Part shown: in pieces, positions 20,744 through 31,233 of the stretch
Layout of the letters: every line of letters starts with the position of its first letter
Numbering within the stretch: position 1 is the first letter of the stretch
Source of the DNA: Nitrosopumilus sp.
Lineage (GTDB): Archaea > Thermoproteota > Nitrososphaeria > Nitrososphaerales > Nitrosopumilaceae
Direction of reading: 5' to 3'
Assembly: GCA_965214775.1 (NCBI GenBank)
Contig: OZ243974.1
Coordinates: forward strand, 2,112,001 to 2,176,000
Length of the DNA stretch: 64,000 nucleotides
Position numbers and translations under genes: made by a program
The notes under the pieces: model-generated
What the model was told of the DNA's origin: nothing
Seen by the model: only the letters and a program-made list of their open reading frames with translations
Database searches by the model: none

Positions 20744-22402
20744 ATGCAAAAATACTCCGAATATACAAAAACGAATGTGTCATCCCGATCTAGAATAGAA
20801 ATCCAAGGACAGGCCCCATTCAAGGAATCAGGCGTATATGAGGCGCAGATTGCCATTGCTGAAAACAGGCCATCTGATGACGCAATTAAAACAAGACAAT
20901 TCCAATCACTGTGGAAAGGGGACTATCATCTCAGAGTCAAGGATGGCACCTTTGCTGAAACGCTTGGCTCTCCTGAGAATCCCCTGCCGTCTTCGATTGA
21001 AAATCTTGATAAAATCTGGATAGTCGTGACTGATCTATTCTCTGCATCAAATTCCGCATTTGAAGTCACACTGGCAAGACATGAAAAAGAATCAAAACTG
21101 GCACCCCCGCCAAAACCTGAACCTGTAACTATTGAATCCCCAAAACCAAAACGAACATCAAAAACCGTCTCATCCTCTCAAGGAGTATCTGGTCCTCCCG
21201 GCGACAAGGGTCCTCCCGGTACACAGGGTCCTCCCGGCGACAAGGGTCTTATGGGTCCTCCCGGTACACAGGGTCCTCCCGGTCCAAAAGGTTCTGTAGG
21301 CCCGCAGGGTCCTCCAGGTGACAAGGGCCCGACCGGAGACAAAGGATCTTCTGGAGACAGGGGCCTAGCTGGAGAAAGAGGCATAACTGGAGACAAGGGA
21401 ATTGCCGGTGACAAGGGTGACAAGGGTGACAAGGGAATTACTGGTCCGCCCGGTGACAAAGGAGAGAAAGGTACAACAGGGCCCATTGGCGATAAAGGCC
21501 CGACCGGATTAAAAGGCCCGACAGGTGAAAAAGGGGAGAAGGGCCCGACCGGTTCGCCAGGTGACAAGGGAATTTCTGGTTTACGTGGTCCGCCCGGAGA
21601 GAAAGGTGATAAGGGTCCGTCCGGTTCGCCAGGTGACAAAGGACTGACAGGTCCTGCAGGTCCGCCCGGAGAGAAAGGCCCAACCGGACAAGCAGGCGTT
21701 CAGGGAGAAAAAGGAATTCAGGGAGGTCCCGGCCCAATTGGAGAAAAAGGTCCTGTTGGTTCGCAGGGCGACAAGGGCCCCGTAGGTCCTGCAGGCCTGC
21801 CAGGTGACAAAGGACTGACAGGCCCTGCAGGCCCGCCAGGCGACAAGGGCCCCGTAGGCCCGCCCGGCCCAATTGGAGAAAAAGGAAACAAGGGCCATGA
21901 AGGCCCAATTGGAGAAAAAGGTCCGCAGGGTCCGCAGGGTCCTGCCGGCTCTAAAGGACTGACAGGCGTTCCAGGTCCACAAGGCGAGAAAGGCGACAAG
22001 GGTGCAACAGGCCCGCCAGGTGACAAAGGACTGACAGGCCCTGCAGGCCCGCCAGGCGACAAGGGCCCCGTAGGCCCGCAAGGATCACAAGGTGAAAGAG
22101 GCCCTGCCGGTCCGTCAGGAGAAAAAGGCCCGCAGGGCCCACAAGGAATTCAGGGCCCACAAGGTGAAAGAGGCCCAACAGGCCCAATTGGTTCTATAGG
22201 GGAACAGGGTCCTGTGGGAGAACAAGGTCCCGTAGGCCAAGCCGGTCCGAGAGGCCCGCCGGGCCCCCCCGGTGAAAGAGGCCCTTCAGGCGGAATGTCT
22301 CCAGAACAAAAAGCAATCTTCAAAGAGTTGTTGGAAATTTTAACAAGCAAAGAAATCATTACAACAGAAGAACAAATCAAACTGATGAGCTATCTCTATT
22401 AA
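20744..22402 (+). CDS. Collagen-like triple-helix protein
   Basis: About 120 Gly-X-Y triplets (21182-22291) between an N-terminal globular region and a short helical C-terminus; start could be 20696. Confidence 0.9.
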   Translation: MQKYSEYTKTNVSSRSRIEIQGQAPFKESGVYEAQIAIAENRPSDDAIKTRQFQSLWKGDYHLRVKDGTFAETLGSPENPLPSSIENLDKIWIVVTDLFSASNSAFEVTLARHEKESKLAPPPKPEPVTIESPKPKRTSKTVSSSQGVSGPPGDKGPPGTQGPPGDKGLMGPPGTQGPPGPKGSVGPQGPPGDKGPTGDKGSSGDRGLAGERGITGDKGIAGDKGDKGDKGITGPPGDKGEKGTTGPIGDKGPTGLKGPTGEKGEKGPTGSPGDKGISGLRGPPGEKGDKGPSGSPGDKGLTGPAGPPGEKGPTGQAGVQGEKGIQGGPGPIGEKGPVGSQGDKGPVGPAGLPGDKGLTGPAGPPGDKGPVGPPGPIGEKGNKGHEGPIGEKGPQGPQGPAGSKGLTGVPGPQGEKGDKGATGPPGDKGLTGPAGPPGDKGPVGPQGSQGERGPAGPSGEKGPQGPQGIQGPQGERGPTGPIGSIGEQGPVGEQGPVGQAGPRGPPGPPGERGPSGGMSPEQKAIFKELLEILTSKEIITTEEQIKLMSYLY

Positions 22403-22549
22403 TTTTTTTAAAAGTTAATCCCAAAAAATTATTTTTTGATTTTGTCTGGAGTTCCCTTTGAAAAGTAAATGCGCAGTTTACTTTAAGGGAAGATTTGAAA
22501 AAGGTAAACAATTCGCCGTCTAATGACGATTGTTAATTTTTTGACGGGA

Positions 22550-22903
22550 TTACCGTCTTTTTGCAGTCTTTCTCTTTGGAGCGGCTTTGCGCTTTGGAGC
22601 TGCCTTTCTCTTTGGAGCGGCTTTGCGCTTTGGAGCTGCCTTTCTCTTTGGAGCGGCTTTGCGCTTTGGAGCTGCCTTTCTCTTTGGAGCGGCTTTGCGC
22701 TTTGGAGCTGCCTTTCTCTTTGGAGCTGCTTTTTTAGCTGCAGTTTTTCTCTTTGGAGCTGCCTTTCTCTTTGGAGCGGCTTTGCGCTTTGGAGCTGCCT
22801 TTCTCTTTGGAGCTGCTTTTTTAGCTGCAGTTTTTCTCTTTGGAGCGGCTTTGCGCTTTGGAGCTGCCTTTCTCTTTGGAGCTGCTTTTCGTTTAGCTGC
22901 CAT
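22550..22903 (-). CDS. Histone H1-like basic repeat protein (AAPKRK)16
   Basis: ATG start, 117 aa almost only K/R/A/P; 18-bp units with alternating synonymous codons. Confidence 0.8.
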   Translation of the reverse strand: MAAKRKAAPKRKAAPKRKAAPKRKTAAKKAAPKRKAAPKRKAAPKRKAAPKRKTAAKKAAPKRKAAPKRKAAPKRKAAPKRKAAPKRKAAPKRKAAPKRKAAPKRKAAPKRKTAKRR

Positions 22904-23018
22904 TATTGAGTCGACATTTTCATTGTTTTTCAGTGGTTAAACTAAAGAAATTTACACAAACTGATTACAATTTCTCGAGTAATTTTTTACAGAAAAATCG
23001 ACCTGATCGGAAATTTTT

Positions 23019-23195
23019 TCAATAAGCACTTTCTGCAGACGGTTTGTGGCCCTGTAACCGGCCTGTTTTTCCGCAAATTGTACATTTGTACTTCCTTTTA
23101 CGCTTGTAAGTTGCCATATTTGGAAGAAAAACCAACTCTTGCTTCGTTTTTGTCATGCAAAACTTGCACCAACGGCGCTCAATTTCTTGATCCAT
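23019..23195 (-). CDS. Small zinc-ribbon protein (58 aa), absent from the ORF track
   Basis: MDQEIERRWCKFC...YKCTICGK...SAY*, two CxxC; co-oriented just downstream of the GTPase. Confidence 0.65.
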   Translation of the reverse strand: MDQEIERRWCKFCMTKTKQELVFLPNMATYKRKRKYKCTICGKTGRLQGHKPSAESAY

Positions 23196-23214
23196 GATCG
23201 GTTGTTTTCTAAAA

Positions 23215-24324
23215 TTATACTCCGCGTGTCTTGATTATTGTCAAAACATCCTCGTCTTGTAAAATATGTGTTAGGCCAACTCGCTGTCCGCCAAACTTTG
23301 CACTTTTGCCCCAGACCATCCCGTATCTGAACTCCCTTTTCATTCTTCTGTGTAGTTTGTTACATACATCTTCAACCGTATCTCCTTCTCTTGCAATGAG
23401 CGGCTCTTTGTAATCCGTCTCTCCGCCTTTTGGCCGCATGTAAATTCGAATGAACTTTAACTTTTCATAAATTTTCTCTCGTAATGCGTCAATGTTTACA
23501 TCTGCATTTGCAGATACCTCGATTACGTCTGATTTTATTTTTGATTTAAGATCTGCCAAGAACTCTTTGTCGACTAGATCGATTTTGTTTAAGACCGTCA
23601 ATGCTTTGGAATAGCTAACATTTCCCGCAATAAAATCTGAAAGTTGTTCGGATGTAACGTCTTCTCTGATTACAACCCTGGCGCTAACAATTCCGTATAG
23701 ATGTAAAATGTCTTTAAGGTGCTTTTCAGTAATTTTTGTCATCCTGATTTGTTGTGCAACTGCGATTCCCCCCATTGCTGCTTTTTCAATTGTAATGTTT
23801 GGGGGCAACTGGTTCAGTCTGATTCCTATGTTTCCCAATTCGTTTGTCAAAACATCCTCGTGATATGGCTGGAATACGTCTAAAACAAGTAATACCAAAT
23901 CAGCCGTTCTGGCTACTGAGAGAATTCTTTTTCCTAGTCCCTTGCCTGTGGATGCACCTTTGATAATTCCTGGAAGGTCTAACATCTGGATACTAGCTCC
24001 CCTGTAATTCATCATTCCTGGAACTACAGTCAACGTGGTAAACTGAAATGCACCGACAGTTGATTTTGCCCCTGTTAATTTGTTAAGCAACGTGGATTTT
24101 CCAACACTTGGCAATCCGATAAAAACCACGGTGGCATCGCCCGTTCTTCGAACATCAAATCCGTCTGACTTTATCCCTGACTTTTTAGCAATGTTTTCCT
24201 CCTGTTCTCGTTTTAACTTTGCAATCTTTGCTTTGAGAAGACCTAGATGGTGTTCGGTGGCTTTGTTGATTTGCGTTCTTGCCATTTCATCTTGGATGGC
24301 CTTGATCTTTTCAGGAATTCCCAT
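23215..24324 (-). CDS. DRG/Rbg1-family GTPase with TGS domain
   Basis: TQINKATEHH, GLPSVGKS, DLPG, NKID, GQRVG. Confidence 0.92.
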   Translation of the reverse strand: MGIPEKIKAIQDEMARTQINKATEHHLGLLKAKIAKLKREQEENIAKKSGIKSDGFDVRRTGDATVVFIGLPSVGKSTLLNKLTGAKSTVGAFQFTTLTVVPGMMNYRGASIQMLDLPGIIKGASTGKGLGKRILSVARTADLVLLVLDVFQPYHEDVLTNELGNIGIRLNQLPPNITIEKAAMGGIAVAQQIRMTKITEKHLKDILHLYGIVSARVVIREDVTSEQLSDFIAGNVSYSKALTVLNKIDLVDKEFLADLKSKIKSDVIEVSANADVNIDALREKIYEKLKFIRIYMRPKGGETDYKEPLIAREGDTVEDVCNKLHRRMKREFRYGMVWGKSAKFGGQRVGLTHILQDEDVLTIIKTRGV

Positions 24325-24439
24325 TCTCTATCGTTTTTTCTTGAATCTTTTCAAATAAAATCGTACTATTCTTCTTTTAGTTTGACAAACCTGTCTCTTG
24401 CACAGCAATTATTATTATTCGGTGTTTTGGAGTAGGCAT

Positions 24440-25135
24440 GTGAAAAAATGTACTTTTGCAGTAGACATTGACGGAACCATAACTGAAAACGGAGGAGGCA
24501 GAATCCATCTTGATGCATTAGATGCGCTACGAAGACTGACAAACATGGGGCATAACGTCATTTTTGCCACCGGACGATCATCGGTCGAAGGATTTCTACT
24601 GTCTGTCTTTGGCGGTACCACAAAAGTCGCAGTTGGTGAAAATGGCGGCTGTATAACACTTGATTCTAACGAGCACATCTTGCTTGGAAATATTAAAGAA
24701 TGCAAAACTGCATTAAATGTAATGCATAACTCGATTGACAACGTTGTTGAGAAGCCCGTTTTTCCTAGAATGACTGAAGTTGTATTGGAAAGAACATTCG
24801 ATCTGAATGATGCAAGAAAAATCCTGTCTGAAAACAACCTAGATGTCCGGCTATCAGACAGCCAATATGCGTATCATCTCAATTCCAGAGGAATTGACAA
24901 GGGCACTGGATTTAGGGAAATTATGAAAAGGATGTCGATTGACTCTGATGATGTAATTGCAATAGGTGACAGTGCCACTGATATTCCCTTGTTCAAGCTG
25001 GCAAAAACAGGCGTCGCATTGGGAAACGCCGCATATGATGTAAAATCTGAGGCAGATATCGTGGTTTCTGCAAAGGCAGGGGACGGTCTTTTAGAAGCAT
25101 TAGATAAATTAGCGCCTAAACTACCACATATGTAA
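24440..25135 (+). CDS. Archaeal HAD phosphoglycolate phosphatase
   Basis: DIDGT, TGR, ENGG, DKG, GDSATD. Confidence 0.85.
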   Translation: MKKCTFAVDIDGTITENGGGRIHLDALDALRRLTNMGHNVIFATGRSSVEGFLLSVFGGTTKVAVGENGGCITLDSNEHILLGNIKECKTALNVMHNSIDNVVEKPVFPRMTEVVLERTFDLNDARKILSENNLDVRLSDSQYAYHLNSRGIDKGTGFREIMKRMSIDSDDVIAIGDSATDIPLFKLAKTGVALGNAAYDVKSEADIVVSAKAGDGLLEALDKLAPKLPHM

Positions 25136-25136
25136 G

Positions 25137-27026
25137 ATGACTTTCGGAGCTGTTCTAGACGAGATTGAAAACAACATAAAGAAAATTCTAGCTGATCTAT
25201 CTACTCCGAACATAAATTTCTCAGTCGAACCTGCAAAACCCGGCTTTGGCGATGTTAGTTCCAATGTTTCCTTTCTGCTGGCAAGACAGCTCAAAAAAAC
25301 CCCCGAAGAAATCTCAGAAATGATCTCTCAGAAATATCGAGAATTGCCTCAAACATTGGTCTTAAAATCCGAATCACATCCATCCGGATACGTCAATTTT
25401 CTTGCAAACTGGGAAAAACTAAGCCAACTCATTTTATCTGAATCCAACCTTCCCGGATTTGGAAATGTTGACCTTGGAGAAAATTCCACAATTACAGTTG
25501 AGCATACAAGCGTAAACCCAAACAAGGCCTTGCACATTGGGCATGCAAGAAACGTCATAATAGGCGACACAATTTCCAGGATTCTTAGAAAGGCCAGTTA
25601 CAATGTAAACGTACTGAATTACATTGATGACTCTGGCCTTCAAGTGGCTGATATTATTGTGGGATTCAAGCATTTTGGGTTTGATCAGGAACCGCCAGAC
25701 GGCAAAAAATTTGACCGTTATTGTGGAGAGGATGTCTATCTCAAGACAACTGAAAAATACAAACAGGATTCTGGCCTTGAAGAAATCAGAAAAAATGTCC
25801 TAAAAGAATTAGAGGATGGCGACTCTGAAATTGCAAAATTTGGAGATAAAATTACACGGCGTGTTCTTTCAAACCAACTGGAAACCTGTTGGAATTTGTC
25901 AGCATCTTATGACTGCCTGAATTTTGAATCACAGATAGTCCGTTCAGGATTGTGGTCAAAAACCTTTGAAAAACTCAAAGAAATGAACCTTGTGGAATTT
26001 GAAAATGAGGGCAAGAACCGGGGCTGCTGGGTAATTCGTGGAAGGGAAAAAGAGGGAGAAGAAGACAAGGTGATTGTAAGAAGCAATGGGACTGCCACAT
26101 ATATTGCAAAAGACATCCCGTATGCTGCATGGAAACTGGGTCTGCTTGATGACCCGTTCCGTTATTCAAAATACGAAAAAGAACAGCCCTTCTCTAAGAC
26201 ACTTTGGCAGACTACTCTGAGCGATGGCAAGGACTCTCAAGACTTTTCAGGAGAAAAAGTAATCACCGTAATTGACTCCCGCCAGGCAAGACTGCAAAAC
26301 ATCATTACCTCTCTGATGGGAAAATTCAAATCAGTTCCAGATGCATATGTTCATCTTGCATACGAGTCTGTTACGCTGAGTTCTGACACTGCAAAAACTT
26401 TGGGATTGGAAACAGGTGGAAAACAAGCTCAAATGTCTGGACGAAAGGGGCTGTACATCGATGCTGATTCTGTTTATGATTTGCTAAAGGAAAAAATAAC
26501 TGGAGAAACAAAGACACGTCATCCTGAAATGCCTGATGATGAGATCAGCCAAATTGCACACAACGTTGCAGTTGGCACCCTACGGTATGAGATGATTAAG
26601 CAGGATTTAGACAAAATAATTACCTTTGATCTTGTCAAATCTCTTAGTCTTGAAGGTGACACTGCACCATACATCCAGTATACTCATGCACGTGCATCAA
26701 GAATATTAGAAAAATCACAACAACCCCCTTCAATAGACGTTGATTTTGCACTGCTAAAAGAAGAATCCGAAATTGATCTGGTCAAGGCAATTGGGTTGTT
26801 TGATCTTAGTGTCAGAGATGCCGTAATGAATCTGTCTCCAAAAGTAATCTCTCGATATTGCCATGATTTGGCCGTAGCATTCAATTCGTTTTATGAGAAA
26901 TACAAAGTACTGGATATTGGAGATGAAAATCTTGAAAAATCAAGGCTGTGCCTGGTCAATTCATTTAAAATTACTATCAAGCAAGCACTGGATTTGCTTG
27001 GAATAACTGCTCCTCAAAGAATGTAA
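25137..27026 (+). CDS. argS: Arginine-tRNA ligase
   Basis: SVNPNKALHIGH, MSGRKG, YIQYTHAR, C-terminal PQRM. Confidence 0.95.
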   Translation: MTFGAVLDEIENNIKKILADLSTPNINFSVEPAKPGFGDVSSNVSFLLARQLKKTPEEISEMISQKYRELPQTLVLKSESHPSGYVNFLANWEKLSQLILSESNLPGFGNVDLGENSTITVEHTSVNPNKALHIGHARNVIIGDTISRILRKASYNVNVLNYIDDSGLQVADIIVGFKHFGFDQEPPDGKKFDRYCGEDVYLKTTEKYKQDSGLEEIRKNVLKELEDGDSEIAKFGDKITRRVLSNQLETCWNLSASYDCLNFESQIVRSGLWSKTFEKLKEMNLVEFENEGKNRGCWVIRGREKEGEEDKVIVRSNGTATYIAKDIPYAAWKLGLLDDPFRYSKYEKEQPFSKTLWQTTLSDGKDSQDFSGEKVITVIDSRQARLQNIITSLMGKFKSVPDAYVHLAYESVTLSSDTAKTLGLETGGKQAQMSGRKGLYIDADSVYDLLKEKITGETKTRHPEMPDDEISQIAHNVAVGTLRYEMIKQDLDKIITFDLVKSLSLEGDTAPYIQYTHARASRILEKSQQPPSIDVDFALLKEESEIDLVKAIGLFDLSVRDAVMNLSPKVISRYCHDLAVAFNSFYEKYKVLDIGDENLEKSRLCLVNSFKITIKQALDLLGITAPQRM

Positions 27027-27451
27027 TGTTCCAGGACGTGCACTACACGAATGCTGGCTGTCGCCCTGGAATGTTGGCGTGCAAACCAATCAACATACAT
27101 CAAATGTCCCTTCCAATAAAGATTTGGGAGGAATTGCCCACGAACTAGGCAACTGCTCATTGGCACATGCGTTCTGTTCCGTGTAGAGGCTTGGCAAGAT
27201 GGGCGGTCTACGAGTCTGCATTGTGGCAGTTTATTCCACGCACTTCTCATCCGTGAGAGTTTTCGCCTTGTTGATGTCAGGAGGCCCGCATGCATAGCTG
27301 TAAACCTCACAAGACGTGTAATCGGGCTAACTTTTCAATGATCACTGTACAGTGGTATCATGCTTACAATTCCCATGAAATTTTGATCTTCTATATAGAT
27401 TACAAGATTTGCTTTCTTATCAAACATATACTGAATCTCTTAACCAAGCGT

Positions 27452-27955
27452 GTGAATGTCTACATTTTACGTCATGGCAAAGCTGAGGAATTATCCGAAC
27501 GCATCAAAAGTGATTCAAAACGAAGACTAACCGAATCTGGAATTAAGGAATTGGAGCAAATCTCAAAGTTTCTCAAGGCAACAGAACTGGAATTTACATC
27601 AATTGTTTCCAGTCCCTTAACTCGGGCAAAACAGACAGCTGAAATCGTTTCCAGAGAAACAAAATTCAAAAAGACCATTGTCATTTGGAATGAGTTAAAG
27701 CCTGAAATTAATGCTGATCTTACTTTACGAAAACTATCAAAAATGAAACCTGACTCGTCCGTTCTTTTGATCGGACACGAACCTCATCTGAGCAGCCTGA
27801 TATCGGAAATTATCTCTGAGACGCCAAGTGACGTTGACATTTCCCTGAAAAAAGGGGGGTTTGCACATGTAAGGCTGTCCTTTCAAAAGGGAACACCAAA
27901 CGGATCCTTGCGATCATTAATGACGCCAAAACAACTCAAAAAACTAAGCAAGTAG
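27452..27955 (+). CDS. sixA: Phosphohistidine phosphatase SixA
   Basis: LRHGKA, SSPLTRAKQTA, LIGHEP; GTG start inferred. Confidence 0.88.
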   Translation: MNVYILRHGKAEELSERIKSDSKRRLTESGIKELEQISKFLKATELEFTSIVSSPLTRAKQTAEIVSRETKFKKTIVIWNELKPEINADLTLRKLSKMKPDSSVLLIGHEPHLSSLISEIISETPSDVDISLKKGGFAHVRLSFQKGTPNGSLRSLMTPKQLKKLSK

Positions 27956-27998
27956 ATAGTTTTTTTTCATTGTACGTGGATAAATTATCGGCTCAAAA

Positions 27999-29570
27999 AT
28001 GAAATCTGACGAATTGAAGCGATTTCCATCTGCAAACAATATGGGCAAGGCATCTGTAATTGATCTGGGATCCAACTCAGTTAAAATGGTAAATTATAAT
28101 GTCGATTCCAACAACTCCTACAAACCGTATCATCAGGAATCTCTCAGGGTCAAACTGGCTGAAGGACTTCAGGATGGCGTCATCCAGGACAGCCATATTG
28201 AAAACACCGTTGAAATTTTGAAATATTTCAGAAACATTGTGGATTTTGAACAAATTGACTATGTTATTTCTGTGGCAACTAGCGCTGTAAGGGATGCATC
28301 AAACAGGCAAGTCTTTGTTGAAAAAATCAGCAAGGAAACCGGCTTTAACTTTAAGATCCTCTCTGAACATGAAGAGGCACTGTATTCCTATGCAGGCGCC
28401 ATGCGTTCCCTGAACCTTCCTCATGCCGTGTTTTTTGATATTGGCGGTGGCAGCCTGGAAATCGTTTCCTCGTATAATTTTGAAATAAAAAAGGTAATCT
28501 CGCTGCCTCTGGGTTCCTTGCGGCTTACACAAAAATTCTCGTCCTCTGAGGGTGATATCTCTTCAAAACAACTTCAAAAATTAAAAGAGCATGTTGCGGA
28601 ACTTTTGCCAGATAGGGGCAAACTGGGCATGTCTGATTTTGATGACGTTGCACTTGTTGGCGTTGGCGGTTCCTTGCGCGCATTGGGAAAATACACCCAA
28701 GGCAAAACCTCGTATCCCTTGAAGAAATTACACAACTACAAAATTAGCCTAGGGTCTTTCACCCCTCTTTTCAACGAACTGCTTTCTCAAGACACTGAAA
28801 AAATCCGCAGAATAGACTCGATTGGAAACAGCCGTGCTGACACAATCAAGGCCGGAACAACCGTAATTGCCGAACTTGCGAAAAAACTAGGCTTTGATTC
28901 TTTGATTGTAAGCGCACAAGGATTGCGAGAAGGAACTCTTTCGTTATCCTTGCAATATCCAGACGAGTTTTCCAATCATCAGATAGATGCCGAACATGTC
29001 CAGGATTTGATACATTTATCATGCCAACCCGATTTGGTTTCCGAATACGTTGAAGACCTGGTCAGATTACTGTTTTCAAAGAAATTAATATCTGATAAGG
29101 AAAGAATATTGCTGGCCCAAGCCATCCTGCAAATCGACAAACTTTCCTCATTTAGGGACGTCGACAACGTTTTGTATGCGATCCTAGATGATGACAGCAT
29201 TCTTTCCCATCGTGAACAAATTATAGTCGCCTTGTCACTGATCTATTCAAAAAAGAAAAAGAAATCCGAATACCTGTTTACAAAGTTTGAAAACATTTTA
29301 GATCTTGCAGACAAAAAAATCATTAAAAAAATTTCAACTGTTGTTTCTCTTTGTGACATATTTCATAAAACCGGAACTCTGGTCAAGCCAAAAATGGACT
29401 CCGATAATTTGTTGGTTTTGGAAGTATACTCGTCAAAGAACACGTTTCCTGAGATGCTGCTGCAGCAGGCCTGCACAAAGATGGAAAATTCCCTTGGAAT
29501 CTCCATAAACTCCACAATTTATTACAGGACCTCGGAATCTTCTCCCTCAAAGCCCCTTGGGATCCGTTAG
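27999..29570 (+). CDS. ppx: Ppx/GppA exopolyphosphatase
   Basis: IDLGSNS, ATSAVRDA, DIGGGSLE, GLREG. Confidence 0.9.
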   Translation: MKSDELKRFPSANNMGKASVIDLGSNSVKMVNYNVDSNNSYKPYHQESLRVKLAEGLQDGVIQDSHIENTVEILKYFRNIVDFEQIDYVISVATSAVRDASNRQVFVEKISKETGFNFKILSEHEEALYSYAGAMRSLNLPHAVFFDIGGGSLEIVSSYNFEIKKVISLPLGSLRLTQKFSSSEGDISSKQLQKLKEHVAELLPDRGKLGMSDFDDVALVGVGGSLRALGKYTQGKTSYPLKKLHNYKISLGSFTPLFNELLSQDTEKIRRIDSIGNSRADTIKAGTTVIAELAKKLGFDSLIVSAQGLREGTLSLSLQYPDEFSNHQIDAEHVQDLIHLSCQPDLVSEYVEDLVRLLFSKKLISDKERILLAQAILQIDKLSSFRDVDNVLYAILDDDSILSHREQIIVALSLIYSKKKKKSEYLFTKFENILDLADKKIIKKISTVVSLCDIFHKTGTLVKPKMDSDNLLVLEVYSSKNTFPEMLLQQACTKMENSLGISINSTIYYRTSESSPSKPLGIR

Positions 29571-29599
29571 CGTGCCAAAACTCTGTGGAAAATTTATAG

Positions 29600-30328
29600 A
29601 TGAGAGACGATAACACTAACCTTACTTTGGGCAGTTCACGTCAATTTTTGAAAAAATACGGCATTCCAGGAAAGCTTGTTGTTGTCGAAGGCATTGACGG
29701 CTCTGGAAAATCAACTCAATTACGATTACTGGAAAAATGGCTGCGATACAACAATTTTGAGGTGTTTCGCACAGAATGGAATTCGTCTGATCTGGTAAAA
29801 TCTATTACCTCAAAGGGAAAGAAAAAGGCAAATCTTACGCCTACTACTTTTAGCCTCTTGCATGCAACAGATTTTGCAGACCGGTTTGAGAGAAATATCA
29901 TGCCCTTGCTTCGTGCAGGATACTTTGTATTGGCAGATAGATACGTCTACACTGCCTATGCGCGCGATGCCACTAGGGGATGCAATCCTAAATGGGTTCG
30001 TAAGGTGTATGATTTTGCACTAAAGCCTGACATTGCATTTTACTTTCGTATACCGATTGACATTTCCATGGATAGAATTTTGTCAGGACGACCAAAACTG
30101 AAATACTATGAAGCTGGAATGGATCTGAATCTCAGCAAAGATATCTATGAAAGCTATAGAATCTTCCAGAGCAGAATCATTGAGCAGTACGAGTCAATGA
30201 GCAAAAGGGAAAAATTCACTGTCATTGACGCTACCTTTGGAATCAAAGAACAGCAAAAAATCATGAGAGATAGGGTAAAAACACTGCTTCCGCCAAAACT
30301 AACCAAATCCATTTTGGAGGTTCCCTAA
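29600..30328 (+). CDS. Thymidylate-kinase-like P-loop kinase, paralog 1
   Basis: EGIDGSGKST, LADRY, PD motifs. Confidence 0.85.
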   Translation: MRDDNTNLTLGSSRQFLKKYGIPGKLVVVEGIDGSGKSTQLRLLEKWLRYNNFEVFRTEWNSSDLVKSITSKGKKKANLTPTTFSLLHATDFADRFERNIMPLLRAGYFVLADRYVYTAYARDATRGCNPKWVRKVYDFALKPDIAFYFRIPIDISMDRILSGRPKLKYYEAGMDLNLSKDIYESYRIFQSRIIEQYESMSKREKFTVIDATFGIKEQQKIMRDRVKTLLPPKLTKSILEVP

Positions 30329-30329
30329 A

Positions 30330-31067
30330 TTGATGAACGACCTGGCACATGCAGGCTCCAAACGAAGACCCCTGTGGTACGGAAATGGAAGGTTTGGAGG
30401 GATCCCGTACCTGGATTATCTTGAAATAAGCGGAAGACTGATTGTAATTGAGGGCCCGGATGCCTCTGGCCGCAGTTCTCAGATTGAAATGATTACGACT
30501 AGGTTGGAAGCTGATGGCTTTGCTGTTCTAAACACTGGCCTGAAACGTTCTGAATTAATTAGCGATGGAATATTGGAGGCAAAACAAAACGTTTCACTAG
30601 GAAAACGGACCAATGCGTTGTTTTATGCCGCTGATTTTGCCGATCAATTGGAACACAAAATCATTCCAGCTTTACAGGCAGGCTATGTCGTACTGGCCGA
30701 TCGGTACATCTACACGCTGATGGCTAGAAACACCGTTCGTGGAATCCGCAGACAGTGGTCTGCTGATCTGTTCAGCTTTGCCCTTGTTCCAGACTTGATA
30801 TTTTACCTGGACGTTGATCCCTTCAAACTGGTCCATAGAGTTTTTGAAAAACACCAGTCATTGGATTACTATGAATCGGGTGCTGACATGGGCCTATCAA
30901 ACGACATGTTTGAATCCTTTATACTTTATCAGAGAAAACTCGCAAAAGAGTTTGAATTTTTGAAGCAAAAATACGACTTAATTTCCGTAAATGGGAACAG
31001 GCCGTCTGAACAGGTAAATCTTTCTTTACAAAAACAAATCAGCAGGTTTTTGGCAAAAACCACGTGA
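30330..31067 (+). CDS. Thymidylate-kinase-like P-loop kinase, paralog 2 (Walker A K>R)
   Basis: EGPDASGRSS, LADRY; shares ADFAD and YYExGxD blocks with paralog 1. Confidence 0.82.
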   Translation: MMNDLAHAGSKRRPLWYGNGRFGGIPYLDYLEISGRLIVIEGPDASGRSSQIEMITTRLEADGFAVLNTGLKRSELISDGILEAKQNVSLGKRTNALFYAADFADQLEHKIIPALQAGYVVLADRYIYTLMARNTVRGIRRQWSADLFSFALVPDLIFYLDVDPFKLVHRVFEKHQSLDYYESGADMGLSNDMFESFILYQRKLAKEFEFLKQKYDLISVNGNRPSEQVNLSLQKQISRFLAKTT

Positions 31068-31196
31068 CAAATTCGATCGTTTCTAAGATTTTTTTAAAAA
31101 TGTGATCCTGCCAATAAAAGACCGATCGCATGTTTGGATGAGCCAAACGAAGAAAACATCCATAATGTCAGATCTCCGATTCGCAGACTGGAATGA
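31064..31196 (+). pseudogene. CHAD-domain gene remnant
   Basis: GTG overlaps the previous TGA; 31128-31196 reads ACLDEPNEENIHNVRSPIRRLE*, like the CHAD N-terminal E-x-I-H-D-x-R-x-x-x-R-R-L motif. Confidence 0.6.
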
Positions 31197-31233
31197 TAAA
31201 ACTGTTATTTATGGGTAAATAAAGAGGAATACT

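Noticed and set aside
21178-22380. Several long antisense ORFs over the collagen gene
   Set aside because: Shadow frames of Gly-X-Y codon periodicity
22523-22940. Plus-strand hydrophobic repeat ORFs
   Set aside because: Antisense shadows; synonymous variation preserves only the minus-strand AAPKRK frame
27030-27340. Possible IS1595-like transposase remnant on the minus strand
   Set aside because: Only faint similarity across broken frames
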